From positions 1 through 47,003 of the forward strand of contig JBBRMQ010000002.1 in the NCBI GenBank assembly GCA_038230775.1: a stretch of 47,003 nucleotides of DNA. The letters are read 5' to 3'. The notes beneath the pieces are model-generated. The model had not been told where the DNA came from. It worked only from the letters and a program-made list of their open reading frames with translations, and made no database searches. This document shows, one piece after another, positions 1 to 10,392 of the stretch. Position 1 is the stretch's first letter. Each line of letters begins with the position of its first letter. A program made the position numbers and the translations under genes. This DNA comes from Thermoanaerobaculia bacterium. GTDB lineage: Bacteria > Acidobacteriota > Thermoanaerobaculia > Gp7-AA8.

Positions 1-215
1 AGGAGATATGGATGCTCGGCCCCGCTCGCGTCGTGGAAGCGAAGATCTTCGAGACCACCGGTGAGTTGGTAGGTGCGATGGTTTCCGTCGGCGGTGATCG
101 TGTAGCGAAGCGGTGCGGCGCCGGTCAAGACAGGGGCATCAGGCTCCAGCCGATTCGGTCCTACCGCGGGTGTCACAGTGCGTTGCACGATGGCGAGCAA
201 CAGACTGGCGATCAC
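1..215 (-). CDS. Partial (runs off window start) probable DUF3999-family exported protein
   Basis: Not in the ORF track. Read by hand from GTG at 215, which overlaps the DUF2339 TGA (GTGA) and has GGAG upstream: MIASLLLAIVQRTVTPAVGPNRL...GGLEDLRFHDASGAEHPYL. The 'DLR.hD..G.E.PY' motif and position after a DUF2339 gene match the known pairing. Confidence 0.65.
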   Translation of the reverse strand, partial: MIASLLLAIVQRTVTPAVGPNRLEPDAPVLTGAAPLRYTITADGNHRTYQLTGGLEDLRFHDASGAEHPYL

Positions 216-3200
216 GACATCTCCTGCGCCGCCTCGGCGCGCGTCGTCTTCATGACGAAGCGCTGCAGCAGCACGCCGACGAGCACCAGCGACGCCGCGA
301 GGCCGAGCAGCGATCCGACGCGATAGAGGCCGCCGAGCCGTGCGAGGTCGTGCAGGAAACATTTCAGCACGGTCGTCAGGAGCAGCAGGATCGCCGCAAC
401 GCGCGCGGCGCGACTGTGGAGGATGAGCCCCGCAACGAGCATCGCCACCGCGAACACGGCCCAGCCGATCGTATAGGTCAGGTCCTGCGCCAGCGATGAC
501 GAGAAGAAGTTGAACGTCAGCGTGCGGCCCTTCGAGTAGAAGTCGGCAATCTCGATATTGACCAGAAAGAACAGAAGGATAGTTCCGCAGGAGGTGAGCG
601 CGGGCACCGCCCAAGGCGCACCTTGCGACTTCGGCAGAAACCGCGCGGCGGCGAAGAATGCGAGTGCGGCCACGAGATACGTGTAGAGGTACCAGTTCAC
701 GATCGCGGTGTGCATGACTGGGTGGTAGGCGAAGACCGCACGATTGAAGACCAGCCGGATGAACACCGCCGCGAAAAGCGCGGACGACCACAGCAGCAGA
801 CCGCGGTGAGGAATGCGCGTGAACAACCACACGAGCGCCGCGGCTTCGAGCGACCAGGCAATCGTGATCCATTGCTTCTCGAGCTGCAGCGGAATGGCGA
901 CGGTAATGAACGCCAGCGCCGCCGCCGCGACGAGAGCGAGCCGGTTGAGCGTCCGTTCCTGCGGTCCTTCGATGCGCAACAGCCGAAGGAGCAGAGCCAT
1001 CATCACGAGCGCCTGAAACACGGGCAGCAAACCGATGGCGTATCCGAAGCCGGCCGAGACAATCGCCTGGCGTGCGAAGAAGAAAAACGGCACGCTCGCG
1101 AGGACGGCGCCGAGAAACGGTTGCATCGCGCGCTTGGCCCGAGGACCGAGCAAGAGCGGATAGAGAACGAACGGCATGTACAGCGCGGTAGCGAACCCGA
1201 GTTGCTGCGCAAATCCGTGCGTGCGAGCGAGTCCTGTCGCGAGCGCGAAGAAGGCCACCGCGATCGGAGATACGGTGTGCTCCTCGGTGATCCATGCGAT
1301 CACCAGAAGCATGATGAGAATCACGACGTGCGTCGCCAGCAACGTCGCAAAGAGAGGCGTATGTGCCGTCACGCCGGCGACGATCGCGACCACGTCGCCC
1401 AGGAATAGGGCGACGAGAGCGGCGAGGGAGTAGATTCGATTGAGGCGGAACCAGACGACCGCGATGGCCGCGACGGCCAATGCGGCAGCGAGCGCCACGT
1501 TCGGCCACGGCGCCACGGTGGCGCCGGTGGCCCAGATCATCAACACGAACTGCGATGCCGCCATGGCGGCGACCATCAGCTTGTCGCGACGCGCATAGAT
1601 CGCCGCGACACCGATCGCGAGATCGAGAACAAACAGGACTGCAAAGAGGGGCCACGGCGGAATCGAGAGACTCTTCTGGGCCGCAATCGCCAGAAGGAAC
1701 ATGTGTCCCGCGAGCGCGAGAAACGTCGCGTTCCCGAAGTCGTCGGCGTCACGTGACGCCCAGACGTTGCCGGCGAGGACCAGCAACGCAAAGCCGCCGA
1801 TGACGGCCAGCGCAGGAACCAGGTTGCCGATCGAGATCGACGTCGCGCACCAGACTGCGATCACGATCCACGAGAGCAGAATGCCTGCCGCCGCGAACAC
1901 CGGATGCGATGTCGATCTCGCCTCGGCCAGAGCGCCAGCATTCACCACCGCGAGCAGCAGCGCGAGACCCCACAAGGCGCTCTTCGCGACCGGACCGGCG
2001 GCGAGGAAGAACAGCATTCCAATGACGCAGAAGAGAAGAACCGTGTTTGCGGGGCCGGTCGCGAACCTGCGCCCCATTCGTTTTGCGACGATCGGGATTC
2101 CGAGGAAGAACAAGGCAAAGACGCCGTAGATCGTGAGTGCCTGCAGCAGTCTTTCTGGTGCGAGATATTTCGCCGACCATACGGCCTCCGCCGCGATCGT
2201 CAGAAACGCGGCGACGAAATAGAGCGCCGGGACGCTGTGCATGAGCGCGTAGGCGCACACGATCGCAAAGAGCACGAACAGGGTCCCGAAGAGCAGGTAC
2301 GGCGTCGCAGTTGCGCGATCGAGTGAAGCGAGCGCGGGAAACATGAAGAACAGCAGCGGCGCAACCGTGAGCTTCGTCGATGGCATGAAGTGCGACGCGA
2401 CCAGCTGCGCCAGCACGAAGGCGGAGACCCACGCGAGAATCACAGGCCAGGCGTTCGTTGTGTACGACACGCTCGTCCAGATCGCGAAGACGATGACCGC
2501 CGTCGCACCACCCAGCGTGTGCAGCCATTGTGGTCCACGGAAGATGGCGATCAGCGACAGGCCGATCATCACCATGAGAAGAAACGCGAACAGCACGGTG
2601 TAACGGCTCGCGTACGCCGGAACGGCGGAAGCCACCACGGCAAAGAGAAGCGGCAGAGTGGCGCCCGCCAGTGCGGCGGTATCAAACGTAGGCTGCTTGT
2701 CGTCGTGCTTGCGTCCGACCCAGAGCGATGCTGCGGCCGTCGCTCCGAACACGATGAAGATGGCGGCGGCCAGCGGCAACTGCCCCGGCGTGAGGTACTT
2801 CGTGATCCACGCCCATTGATAGATCGCCGTGAACACGACGGTGATTGCAGTGAGCACCGGCCAGCGTTTGGACGTCGCAACCCACGCCATCCCGACATTG
2901 AGCAGGAGCAGGTACGAGAAGAGACCGATCGCGCGATTCTCCCCGCTGGACAACAGTGCCGGCGTTGCGAATCCGCCTAACAACCCCAGAAGGGCGATGA
3001 AAATCGAATCGCGCCGGATCGAAAGCATCACCGCGACCGCAGTGACAACGAGCATCAGCCCGAATACCGCGGTGGATGGCATCAGGTGCCACAGCGCGTG
3101 GATGGCGAAGAGAGTCGCGTACAGGATCGCGATTCCCGCGCCGTCGAGCGCGTTGACCGTGAACGTGTAGTCGCGGGCGATACGCAGCTCGCAGACGACG

Positions 3201-3880
3201 AGAAGCGCGATGCCGGTGAGGAGTCCGATGGTCGCGCGAACCGTCGGGCTGAGCCAGCCGTGCTCGACCGAGTAGCGCAGGAAGAAAATCGCGGCCAGAA
3301 CGAGCGCGATGCCCGCGATCCAGGAGAAAAGCTTCACGCCGACGAGCGCCTCCCAGTCGAACGGCTGCTTGGGCGGCTTGGGTTTGGCGGGCGGAACGGA
3401 TTCGCGCGCAGCCGCGGGAAGCGGGACGACGGTCGGCTCTCTGGCGGACTCCGTTGCGGGTTCGGTCGCGGACTGGGTTGCCGGTCGCCGGTCGCCGGTC
3501 GCCGGTGAAGCTGCGTAGCTTGCGGCGATTGGGACAACGATCGGTTCAGGATTTGGCGGGACTGCTGGCGTCGGCTTCACGACTTCCAGAGGAGGCGTGG
3601 TTGTGGGCAAGCCGGTCTCCCCGGCGACCGGAGACCGGAGACCGGCGACCGAACTCGCGGCCGACTCCGCAACTGGCTCAGTAAAAGACGCGCCCGCTTC
3701 CGGCGCGGCAGCCACGGTCTGTCGCCAGTATTGACGGACCCAGCGGTGGAGGTCGGACAGATTCGTCCTCAACTGATCGACTTCAGCGGTGAGAGCCTTC
3801 GCCCTCCGGTTTGCCGCCACGGCAAGTACGAACGCGGCAATAGCCAGCAGAGCGAAGAGGAACGACATCCCGGAATCCAT
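212..3880 (-). CDS. DUF2339-family large polytopic membrane protein
   Basis: 1222 aa. N-terminal TM plus coiled coil, Pro/Ala linker, 'FDWEALVGVKLFSWIAGIALVLAAIFFLRYSVEHGWLSP' signature, many TM helices, C-terminal 'KCFLHDLARLGGLYRVGSLLGL'. Confidence 0.9.
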   Translation of the reverse strand: MDSGMSFLFALLAIAAFVLAVAANRRAKALTAEVDQLRTNLSDLHRWVRQYWRQTVAAAPEAGASFTEPVAESAASSVAGLRSPVAGETGLPTTTPPLEVVKPTPAVPPNPEPIVVPIAASYAASPATGDRRPATQSATEPATESAREPTVVPLPAAARESVPPAKPKPPKQPFDWEALVGVKLFSWIAGIALVLAAIFFLRYSVEHGWLSPTVRATIGLLTGIALLVVCELRIARDYTFTVNALDGAGIAILYATLFAIHALWHLMPSTAVFGLMLVVTAVAVMLSIRRDSIFIALLGLLGGFATPALLSSGENRAIGLFSYLLLLNVGMAWVATSKRWPVLTAITVVFTAIYQWAWITKYLTPGQLPLAAAIFIVFGATAAASLWVGRKHDDKQPTFDTAALAGATLPLLFAVVASAVPAYASRYTVLFAFLLMVMIGLSLIAIFRGPQWLHTLGGATAVIVFAIWTSVSYTTNAWPVILAWVSAFVLAQLVASHFMPSTKLTVAPLLFFMFPALASLDRATATPYLLFGTLFVLFAIVCAYALMHSVPALYFVAAFLTIAAEAVWSAKYLAPERLLQALTIYGVFALFFLGIPIVAKRMGRRFATGPANTVLLFCVIGMLFFLAAGPVAKSALWGLALLLAVVNAGALAEARSTSHPVFAAAGILLSWIVIAVWCATSISIGNLVPALAVIGGFALLVLAGNVWASRDADDFGNATFLALAGHMFLLAIAAQKSLSIPPWPLFAVLFVLDLAIGVAAIYARRDKLMVAAMAASQFVLMIWATGATVAPWPNVALAAALAVAAIAVVWFRLNRIYSLAALVALFLGDVVAIVAGVTAHTPLFATLLATHVVILIMLLVIAWITEEHTVSPIAVAFFALATGLARTHGFAQQLGFATALYMPFVLYPLLLGPRAKRAMQPFLGAVLASVPFFFFARQAIVSAGFGYAIGLLPVFQALVMMALLLRLLRIEGPQERTLNRLALVAAAALAFITVAIPLQLEKQWITIAWSLEAAALVWLFTRIPHRGLLLWSSALFAAVFIRLVFNRAVFAYHPVMHTAIVNWYLYTYLVAALAFFAAARFLPKSQGAPWAVPALTSCGTILLFFLVNIEIADFYSKGRTLTFNFFSSSLAQDLTYTIGWAVFAVAMLVAGLILHSRAARVAAILLLLTTVLKCFLHDLARLGGLYRVGSLLGLAASLVLVGVLLQRFVMKTTRAEAAQEMS
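3476..3650. repeat. Two heptamer tandem tracts in inverted orientation inside the DUF2339 linker
   Basis: (GGTYGCC)x4 at 3476-3503 and (GGMGACC)x4 at 3623-3650 are near reverse complements. Confidence 0.75.
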
Positions 3881-3974
3881 GGCGGACCAGCCGAGGATAC
3901 GCTCAAAATCTCCTCGCGTTGGTGCTAGAGTTATTTGAAATTTAGAGGCTCAACAAAGCGTCGAATGAGGTGCC

Positions 3975-4319
3975 ATGGAGAAGTCCGCGCGACCAGATTT
4001 ATTGCCCGGCGTTTCACCGATCGGAGTCCCTCCACGTGTCGTTGTCGGCTCCGCGCGCGTCATCAGGCGCGCACGTGTCCGGGCAGCGATTCGCGACTGC
4101 GCCGACCTCGTACTCCTCCTGGTGGTCGATGCGTTCTTCATCCGCTGGCCGATGGCGCACGTGCCGCTGCTCAACCGTCATGACTCGGTCGCCGTTCTGA
4201 TCGCGGTCAACGTCCTCGTGGTCGGGTACGTGTGGCTGTCGCGATGGATTCCGCAGTGGCGCGCGCGCCGCGTTTCCTCAACGTGGTGCGGTATCGAGCG
4301 GACGCGATTTCGGCGCTAG
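3975..4319 (+). CDS. Hypothetical small membrane protein (2 predicted TM)
   Basis: ATG preceded by GAGGTG; two hydrophobic segments; fills the gap between DUF2339 and OPT; overlaps the OPT 3' end by 42 bp. Confidence 0.6.
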   Translation: MEKSARPDLLPGVSPIGVPPRVVVGSARVIRRARVRAAIRDCADLVLLLVVDAFFIRWPMAHVPLLNRHDSVAVLIAVNVLVVGYVWLSRWIPQWRARRVSSTWCGIERTRFRR

Positions 4320-6671
4320 CAGCACTTCGCGTCCGACGAGATACAACAGCGCGATCAGGATGGCGAACGGAATGCACGACAGCAGATCTGGGTGCGCACC
4401 TTCCACGAACGGATTGTTCTTCGCGATCGCGTCGAGCCTGTCGTTGAAGCTGGCCATCGCCGGAACGCCGGCCATGAAGGCGATCAGGATGCCGGCGATC
4501 GCGCCGCCCGCGATGTAGCCGGAGGCCATCAGCACGCCCGGGCTCTTGTCGCCCTCGGCCGTCAGCTGTTCTTCGGTCAGGTTCATGCCGTGATACTTGC
4601 TGCGCACGTAGCGATCGGTAAGCAAGCGGATCATCCCGCCGATGAAGATCGGGCTGGAGCTGGACAGAGGTAGGTAGACGCCGACCGCAAACGCGAGAGA
4701 CGGAATCCCGGACATTTCGAGGACGAGCGAGATCATCACGCCGAGGAGCACGAGACCCCACGGCAGTTGACGGTTGAGGATGCCCTTGATGATGTACGAC
4801 ATGAGCGTGGCTTTCGGCGCGTCGAACTTCTTCGGCGCCGGCTTGCCGTTCACGAGGAACTTATGGAGGCCATTGATTCCGGGATCGATGAGGTACTGAG
4901 GCGTGCCGTTCGAGTCGACGAGATATTTGATCGCGGTCGCGCCGCCCGGCTCGGAGTGGTGCCAGACGAAATAGTCTTTGCCGTCGAAGGACTCGTGCGC
5001 GGTGAGCTCGGAGGCGTCGGCGTGCAGACTCGCGGGCCAGTTTTCCACCTGCTTCAGCGCTCCGCCTTCCTGGCCCGCGACCGGCTCGGAGCTGACGCGC
5101 GGCAGATACACGCTCGCCGCGCCGTTCAGTTTGAGAAGAATCGGTCCAAGCACCAAAGCCGAAGCCAGCGCGCCGATGAGGATCGCGATCTGCTGATTGC
5201 GCGGCGTCGATCCGACGAGATATCCGGTCTTGAGATCCTGCGACGTCGTGCCGCCGTTCGATGAGGCAATGCAGACGATCGCGCCGATCGAGAGCGCCGT
5301 CACGTAGTACGTCGATCCGGTCCAGCCGATCACCAGGAAGACGAGACACGTGATGAGCAGCGTGGCGACCGTCATTCCTGAGATCGGATTGGACGACGAG
5401 CCGATCTCACCAGTCAGTCGCGATGAAACGGTCACGAAGAGAAAGCCGAGAATCACGATGAGAAGCGCCGCCATGACGCGAGCGCCGATGCCCGTGCCAC
5501 CGACATAGAGCGGATTCGCAAGCGCGATCACCGCGACGAGCGCGAAGCTGCCGGCGAGAACGAGCTTCATGGACAGATCGAGATCCGTCCGCTCCATTCC
5601 AGCGCGCGCGGCGCTGCCGCCGCGGAAATCCTTGATGCCTTCCTTCATGCCGTGCCAGATCGTGGGCAGCGATCGAAGGAGAGAAACGATTCCGCCCGCC
5701 GCCACCGCGCCGGCACCGATGTAGAGGATGTACGCGTTGCGAATCTGTCCCGGCGACATGTCTTTGATCAGGCGCGTCGTCTCGGGCGCCAACGGTGCCG
5801 CGAGTCCGGTGCCGAAGAACTTGATGGCCGGAATCAGCACGAGGTACGCGAGCACGCCGCCCGCGCACATGATCGAAGCAATGCGAGGCCCGATGATGTA
5901 GCCGACGCCGAGGAGTTCCGGCGAGATCTCCGCCGAAACGGAACCCGCGTTGAACGGAGGCCCGAAGACTCTCTCGGGCGTGTCTTTCCATCCGCGGAAC
6001 GCGACGTTCAAGGCTTTGTAGAGAAGTCCGATGCCGAATCCGGTGAAGATCGTCTTGGCGCTCGTGGCCTGGCCGCCGAGGCGCGCCATCTCGCGCTTGG
6101 CGCTCTCGGATGCGTTGGCGATCGACTCATCCGACGCCCCCGCCTTCAACACCTCGGCGCACGCCGTTCCCTCGGGATATTTGAGCGTGGTGTGCTGCGC
6201 GACGATGAGTGCGCGGCGCAGAGGAATCATCATCAGGATGCCGAGCAGGCCGCCGAGAACGGCCACCAGCATGACGCGGGTGATCTCGAGATCGAACCCC
6301 AGAATCATGATCGCAGGCATCGTGACGCCGACGCCGAACGCGATCGACTCGCCTGCCGAGCCCGCGGTCTGCACAATGTTGTTCTCGAGAATCGTCGCGT
6401 CGCGCATCCCGAGTTTTGACAGGATGCGGAACAGGGTGATGGAGATGACGGCGACGGGAATCGACGCGCTGACAGTGAGCCCGACCTTCAGGACCAGGTA
6501 CAGCGACGAAGCACCGAAAATGATGCCGAGGAGCGTTCCGACAATGACCGGAAGAACGGTCAGCTCGCGGAGTTTGACCGCGGCGGGAATGTAGGGTTCG
6601 AAATCCGCGGCTGCAGGCCCATCGGGACGGGCTCCGATGATGTCGGGAAACTCCGTTTGACTCACGCTCAT
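4278..6671 (-). CDS. Oligopeptide transporter, OPT family
   Basis: Motifs '[15 protein letters not shown]', '[14 protein letters not shown]', '[11 protein letters not shown]', '[10 protein letters not shown]', '[10 protein letters not shown]'; GAGGAG RBS. Confidence 0.95.
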   Translation of the reverse strand: MSVSQTEFPDIIGARPDGPAAADFEPYIPAAVKLRELTVLPVIVGTLLGIIFGASSLYLVLKVGLTVSASIPVAVISITLFRILSKLGMRDATILENNIVQTAGSAGESIAFGVGVTMPAIMILGFDLEITRVMLVAVLGGLLGILMMIPLRRALIVAQHTTLKYPEGTACAEVLKAGASDESIANASESAKREMARLGGQATSAKTIFTGFGIGLLYKALNVAFRGWKDTPERVFGPPFNAGSVSAEISPELLGVGYIIGPRIASIMCAGGVLAYLVLIPAIKFFGTGLAAPLAPETTRLIKDMSPGQIRNAYILYIGAGAVAAGGIVSLLRSLPTIWHGMKEGIKDFRGGSAARAGMERTDLDLSMKLVLAGSFALVAVIALANPLYVGGTGIGARVMAALLIVILGFLFVTVSSRLTGEIGSSSNPISGMTVATLLITCLVFLVIGWTGSTYYVTALSIGAIVCIASSNGGTTSQDLKTGYLVGSTPRNQQIAILIGALASALVLGPILLKLNGAASVYLPRVSSEPVAGQEGGALKQVENWPASLHADASELTAHESFDGKDYFVWHHSEPGGATAIKYLVDSNGTPQYLIDPGINGLHKFLVNGKPAPKKFDAPKATLMSYIIKGILNRQLPWGLVLLGVMISLVLEMSGIPSLAFAVGVYLPLSSSSPIFIGGMIRLLTDRYVRSKYHGMNLTEEQLTAEGDKSPGVLMASGYIAGGAIAGILIAFMAGVPAMASFNDRLDAIAKNNPFVEGAHPDLLSCIPFAILIALLYLVGREVLLAPKSRPLDTAPR

Positions 6672-6769
6672 GCGGGTTCTCCTCGTTGCATTGGGCAGGC
6701 CATTGTATAGAAATCAGCAAGTTAGACGGCAGGTAGAGCGGTCTCGTGCGGCGTTATGATGTTTCCATC

Positions 6770-7621
6770 ATGACAACCTTGATGGTCGCGCTGCTGCTTG
6801 CGGTGAGTGGCAGTCCTTCCCCCGGCGGACGCCTGTACGTGCATGTCCCAATGCAAGGCCTTCAGGTGCTCGTGGACGGTAACGTCGCCGGGACGACGTC
6901 CAATGTTGATGGTGGAGCACTGTTGAAGGGAATCGCCGCTGGCCCGCACCACATCATCGTCCGCACGCCGGACGGCCGGGAGGCGGCCTTCAACGTCAAG
7001 ATTGCCGAAGGGCTGCAGACGGAGATCAACGTCTCGCCGCTCGGCTTTCGCAAGCTGAATCGCCCGGCCGAGGAGTCGGACGCCGGGCTGTTGCGCGTGA
7101 CGTCGATCCCGCTCGACGCGACGGTCGAATTTCACGGCGGCACACGCGAGAATCACGACGCAACCGAGCTGACATTCGACGCAGTGCCGCCTGGCAGATA
7201 CCCGATCGTCGTGACCCTGGGTGGCAAAACGGCTCGAGCCGAGGTCGATGTGCCGAAGGGATCGGCGGTCACGGTCGAGGTGAACTTCAAGACCGCAACG
7301 ATCACGACAATCGAAACCAAGATGCGCCCGCGGCGTCTGCAGGTGAACGACCCCAACGACGCGCTCAAAATGCTGGATGTTCCGTCGCAATGGAAGACCG
7401 CGATTCGGACGGCACTTCCGTCGACTGTACAGATCGTCGACGCTTATGCCGAAGGAAACGCCGTCAAAGTGCGGCTGAAAGTCCCCTCGGAGGACATGGC
7501 GCACGCGCTCTTCCGAAGCGTTTCACGATCATCATCGTTTAGCAGCGTCGAGGTCGCGCGCAACGCGTATCGGGACAAAGTCGGCTGGCTTGTCGACTTC
7601 GCCTTCCACTTCGCGGGATAG
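6770..7621 (+). CDS. Secreted PEGA-like repeat protein with C-terminal PilN/GspL-like domain
   Basis: Signal peptide from ATG 6770. Two PEGA-like units ('GRLYVH..QGLQVLVDG', 'GLLRVTSIPLDATV..PGRY'). C-terminal 'LPSTVQI...[31 protein letters not shown]...VDF' resembles the PilN pattern. Confidence 0.65.
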   Translation: MTTLMVALLLAVSGSPSPGGRLYVHVPMQGLQVLVDGNVAGTTSNVDGGALLKGIAAGPHHIIVRTPDGREAAFNVKIAEGLQTEINVSPLGFRKLNRPAEESDAGLLRVTSIPLDATVEFHGGTRENHDATELTFDAVPPGRYPIVVTLGGKTARAEVDVPKGSAVTVEVNFKTATITTIETKMRPRRLQVNDPNDALKMLDVPSQWKTAIRTALPSTVQIVDAYAEGNAVKVRLKVPSEDMAHALFRSVSRSSSFSSVEVARNAYRDKVGWLVDFAFHFAG

Positions 7622-10354
7622 ATAGCGGCCCGTGATGCTGCGCGGATTCGCCGCAATCTCCGACGGTGTCCCGACCGCCACCAGCTCGCCGCCCTGATCG
7701 CCGCCCTCGGGGCCAAGATCGATGACATGGTCCGCGGCCTCGATCAACTGGATGTTGTGCTCGATCACCACGACCGAGTGCCCGCGATCGATGAGGTCCC
7801 GGAAGGTCTTCAGAAGTTGCGTGACATCGGTGGCGTGCAGCCCGGTCGTCGGCTCATCGAATAGGAAGAGTCGCCCGCCGTCCGTTTTCGCATTCTCCGC
7901 GAGGAATGACCCGAGCTTCAGCCGCTGTGCTTCACCGCCAGAGAGCGACTCCGTCGACTGGCCTAACCGCAGATACCCGAGCCCGACGGAGCGGAGCGAG
8001 ATCAAGCGCTTGAGGATCGCTCGCTTGTCGATGAAGAACTTCATCGCTTCGTCGACCGTCATGGTGAGGATGTCGTCGACGTTCTTGTGCTTGTAGGTAA
8101 CCTTCATCACGTGCTCGTTGAAGCGCTTGCCGCCGCACTTGTCGCAGATGACTTCCACGTCCGCGAGAAACTGCATGTCGATCTTGACCGTCCCGGCGCC
8201 TTCGCACACTTCGCAGCGGCCGCCGGCGGTGTTGAACGAAAACATGCCGGCAGTCACGCCGTTGAGTTTCGCAGCCGTGGTTTCCGACAGGAGCTTGCGG
8301 ATCTCATCCCACGCCTTCACGTAGGTCGCGGGATTCGATCGCGTCGAGCGGCCGATCGGAGACTGATCGACGAGTTGCATGTCGTAGATCTTGTCCACGC
8401 CTTCGAGCGCATCGACTTTTCCGACCTCGACGCCGGAAACGCCACGGAACTCGCGCTGATAACGGTTGTACAGACAGTCGCGTATCAGGGTCGACTTGCC
8501 GGAGCCGGAGACGCCGGTGACCGCGACCAGCTGCCCGAGCGGAATCTCCACGTCGATGTTCTTCAGGTTGTTCTGGCGCGCACCGCGGATCTTGATCGCG
8601 GCTTCTGTGTGAGGACCGGCTTCAGCCGGTCGCTGGTGACCGGCTGAAGCCGGTCCACACACAGAGACAGAGCCATCGCGTGCGGTGCCTGGTCCCGAAT
8701 ACAGCACTTCGCCGCCGTACTCGCCCGCTCCCGGGCCTAACTCGACGATGTAGTCGGCACCGGCGATAATCGTCGGATCGTGTTCGACGACGATCACGGT
8801 GTTGCCCGCGTTCTTCAAGCGCCGCAGAACAGCGAGCAGCCGTTCGCTGTCGCGCGCGTGCAGACCCACTGTCGGCTCGTCGATCACGTACATCGTCTCG
8901 GTGAGCGAGCTGCCGAGGGCGGCGGCGAGGTTGATGCGTTGCGATTCACCGCCGGAAAGGGTCCGCGTCTGTCGATCGAGCGTGAGATACGAAAGGCCTA
9001 CCTCGTCGAGATATGTCAGTCGATTCACGATCTCGCGGCGCAGATGGCCCGCGATCTTCTCTTCGGACTTGGACAGCGGGAGATACTCCCAGAACTTGCG
9101 GGCGTCCTTCACGTTCATGCCGAAGAGATCGCCGATCTTCTTTCCGCGGAACGTCACGTAGTCGGCGGCGGCTTTCAGTCGCGAGCCGTGACAATGCGGG
9201 CCGGGTTCGTAGCTGCGGTACTTCGCCAGCTTCACGCGGACGTGGATCTTGTACTTCTTCGTTTCCAGCCACTCGAAGAAGCCCTTGATGCCGTACCACT
9301 TGCTGCGGCCGTCGTGGAGGATGTCCCACTCGGCCTGCGTGAGCTGGTTGATCGGCACATTGAGGCGCAGGTTGTATTTCTTCGCTGCTTTCTCGAGATC
9401 TTCGTAGCAATCTTCGTAACCGGGCGAGTTCCATGGCGCGATCGGACGCTCGTCGAGCCGCAGATTTCTGTTGGGAATCGCCTTGTCGAGGTCGATGCCG
9501 ATGATCCGCCCGTAACCCTGACAGGGCGTGCAGGCGCCTAACGGCGAGTTGAACGAGAAGAGCTGCGGCGTCGGCTCGAGGAACTCCGTGCCGCACGCGT
9601 TGCAGGCGAATCGTGAGGTGAAGCGGTGGCTGATCCATCCGCTGTCGCTCTGCTCGAGGAGATTGACGTTCCCCTTCGCAATCTCGAACGCCTGCTCGAT
9701 CGCCTCGGTGATCTGCGTCTGTTTGTCCGGGTCGACGCGCAGTCGCGTGATCACGAGCTCGAGAGAAGTGATCTTCGTCAGATCCATCTCTTTGAGGTCC
9801 TGCACTTCGCCGTTGACCCAGGCGCGAAAAAAACCGGCGGTGAGAAGTTGGCGCAGGACTTCGTCGCGCGCGGCAGCCTCGAAGAAAATCGGAGCCAGGA
9901 CGACGACCCGCTTTCCGGCGAGGCGTTCTTCGATCGCGGCCGTGATCGACTCCGGTGTCTCCCGTCGAACGGTGACGCCGCAGTCGGGACAGATCGTCTC
10001 GCCGCAGTAGGTCATGAAGAGGCGGATGTGATCGGCGAGCTCCGTCGCGGTGGCGACCGTGGAGCGTGCGTTCTTGACCGAGTTCTTCTGCTCGATCGAG
10101 ATGGCGGGCAGAATGCCGTCGATCTCGTCGACGTCTGGCCGGTCGATCCGCTCGAGGAACTGGCGCACATACGTGGACATCGACTCCACGAAGCGCCGCT
10201 GCCCTTCCGCGTACAGCGTGTTGAAGGCCAGCGACGACTTGCCCGACCCCGACGGACCGGTCAAAACCGTCAGCTGGCGCTGCGGAATGTCGACGGAAAC
10301 GTTCTTCAGGTTGTGAGTTCGCGCGCCTCGAATGGCAATCGTGCGAGTGGGCAT
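7532..10354 (-). CDS. uvrA: Excinuclease ABC subunit A
   Basis: Two ABC ATPase modules ([18 protein letters not shown]; [18 protein letters not shown]), 'GARTHNLKN', '[10 protein letters not shown]', zinc-finger CxxC pairs. Confidence 0.95.
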   Translation of the reverse strand: MPTRTIAIRGARTHNLKNVSVDIPQRQLTVLTGPSGSGKSSLAFNTLYAEGQRRFVESMSTYVRQFLERIDRPDVDEIDGILPAISIEQKNSVKNARSTVATATELADHIRLFMTYCGETICPDCGVTVRRETPESITAAIEERLAGKRVVVLAPIFFEAAARDEVLRQLLTAGFFRAWVNGEVQDLKEMDLTKITSLELVITRLRVDPDKQTQITEAIEQAFEIAKGNVNLLEQSDSGWISHRFTSRFACNACGTEFLEPTPQLFSFNSPLGACTPCQGYGRIIGIDLDKAIPNRNLRLDERPIAPWNSPGYEDCYEDLEKAAKKYNLRLNVPINQLTQAEWDILHDGRSKWYGIKGFFEWLETKKYKIHVRVKLAKYRSYEPGPHCHGSRLKAAADYVTFRGKKIGDLFGMNVKDARKFWEYLPLSKSEEKIAGHLRREIVNRLTYLDEVGLSYLTLDRQTRTLSGGESQRINLAAALGSSLTETMYVIDEPTVGLHARDSERLLAVLRRLKNAGNTVIVVEHDPTIIAGADYIVELGPGAGEYGGEVLYSGPGTARDGSVSVCGPASAGHQRPAEAGPHTEAAIKIRGARQNNLKNIDVEIPLGQLVAVTGVSGSGKSTLIRDCLYNRYQREFRGVSGVEVGKVDALEGVDKIYDMQLVDQSPIGRSTRSNPATYVKAWDEIRKLLSETTAAKLNGVTAGMFSFNTAGGRCEVCEGAGTVKIDMQFLADVEVICDKCGGKRFNEHVMKVTYKHKNVDDILTMTVDEAMKFFIDKRAILKRLISLRSVGLGYLRLGQSTESLSGGEAQRLKLGSFLAENAKTDGGRLFLFDEPTTGLHATDVTQLLKTFRDLIDRGHSVVVIEHNIQLIEAADHVIDLGPEGGDQGGELVAVGTPSEIAANPRSITGRYLSREVEGEVDKPADFVPIRVARDLDAAKR
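8607..8662. repeat. REP-like inverted doublet (family C-like) inside uvrA
   Basis: GTGTGAGG-ACCGGC-TTCA-GCCGGTC / GCTGGT / GACCGGC-TGAA-GCCGGT-CCACACAC: two hairpin units in inverted orientation. Confidence 0.85.
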
Positions 10355-10392
10355 TCGGATCTACAACGCACGCGACCGCAACTGTGTTCCGC

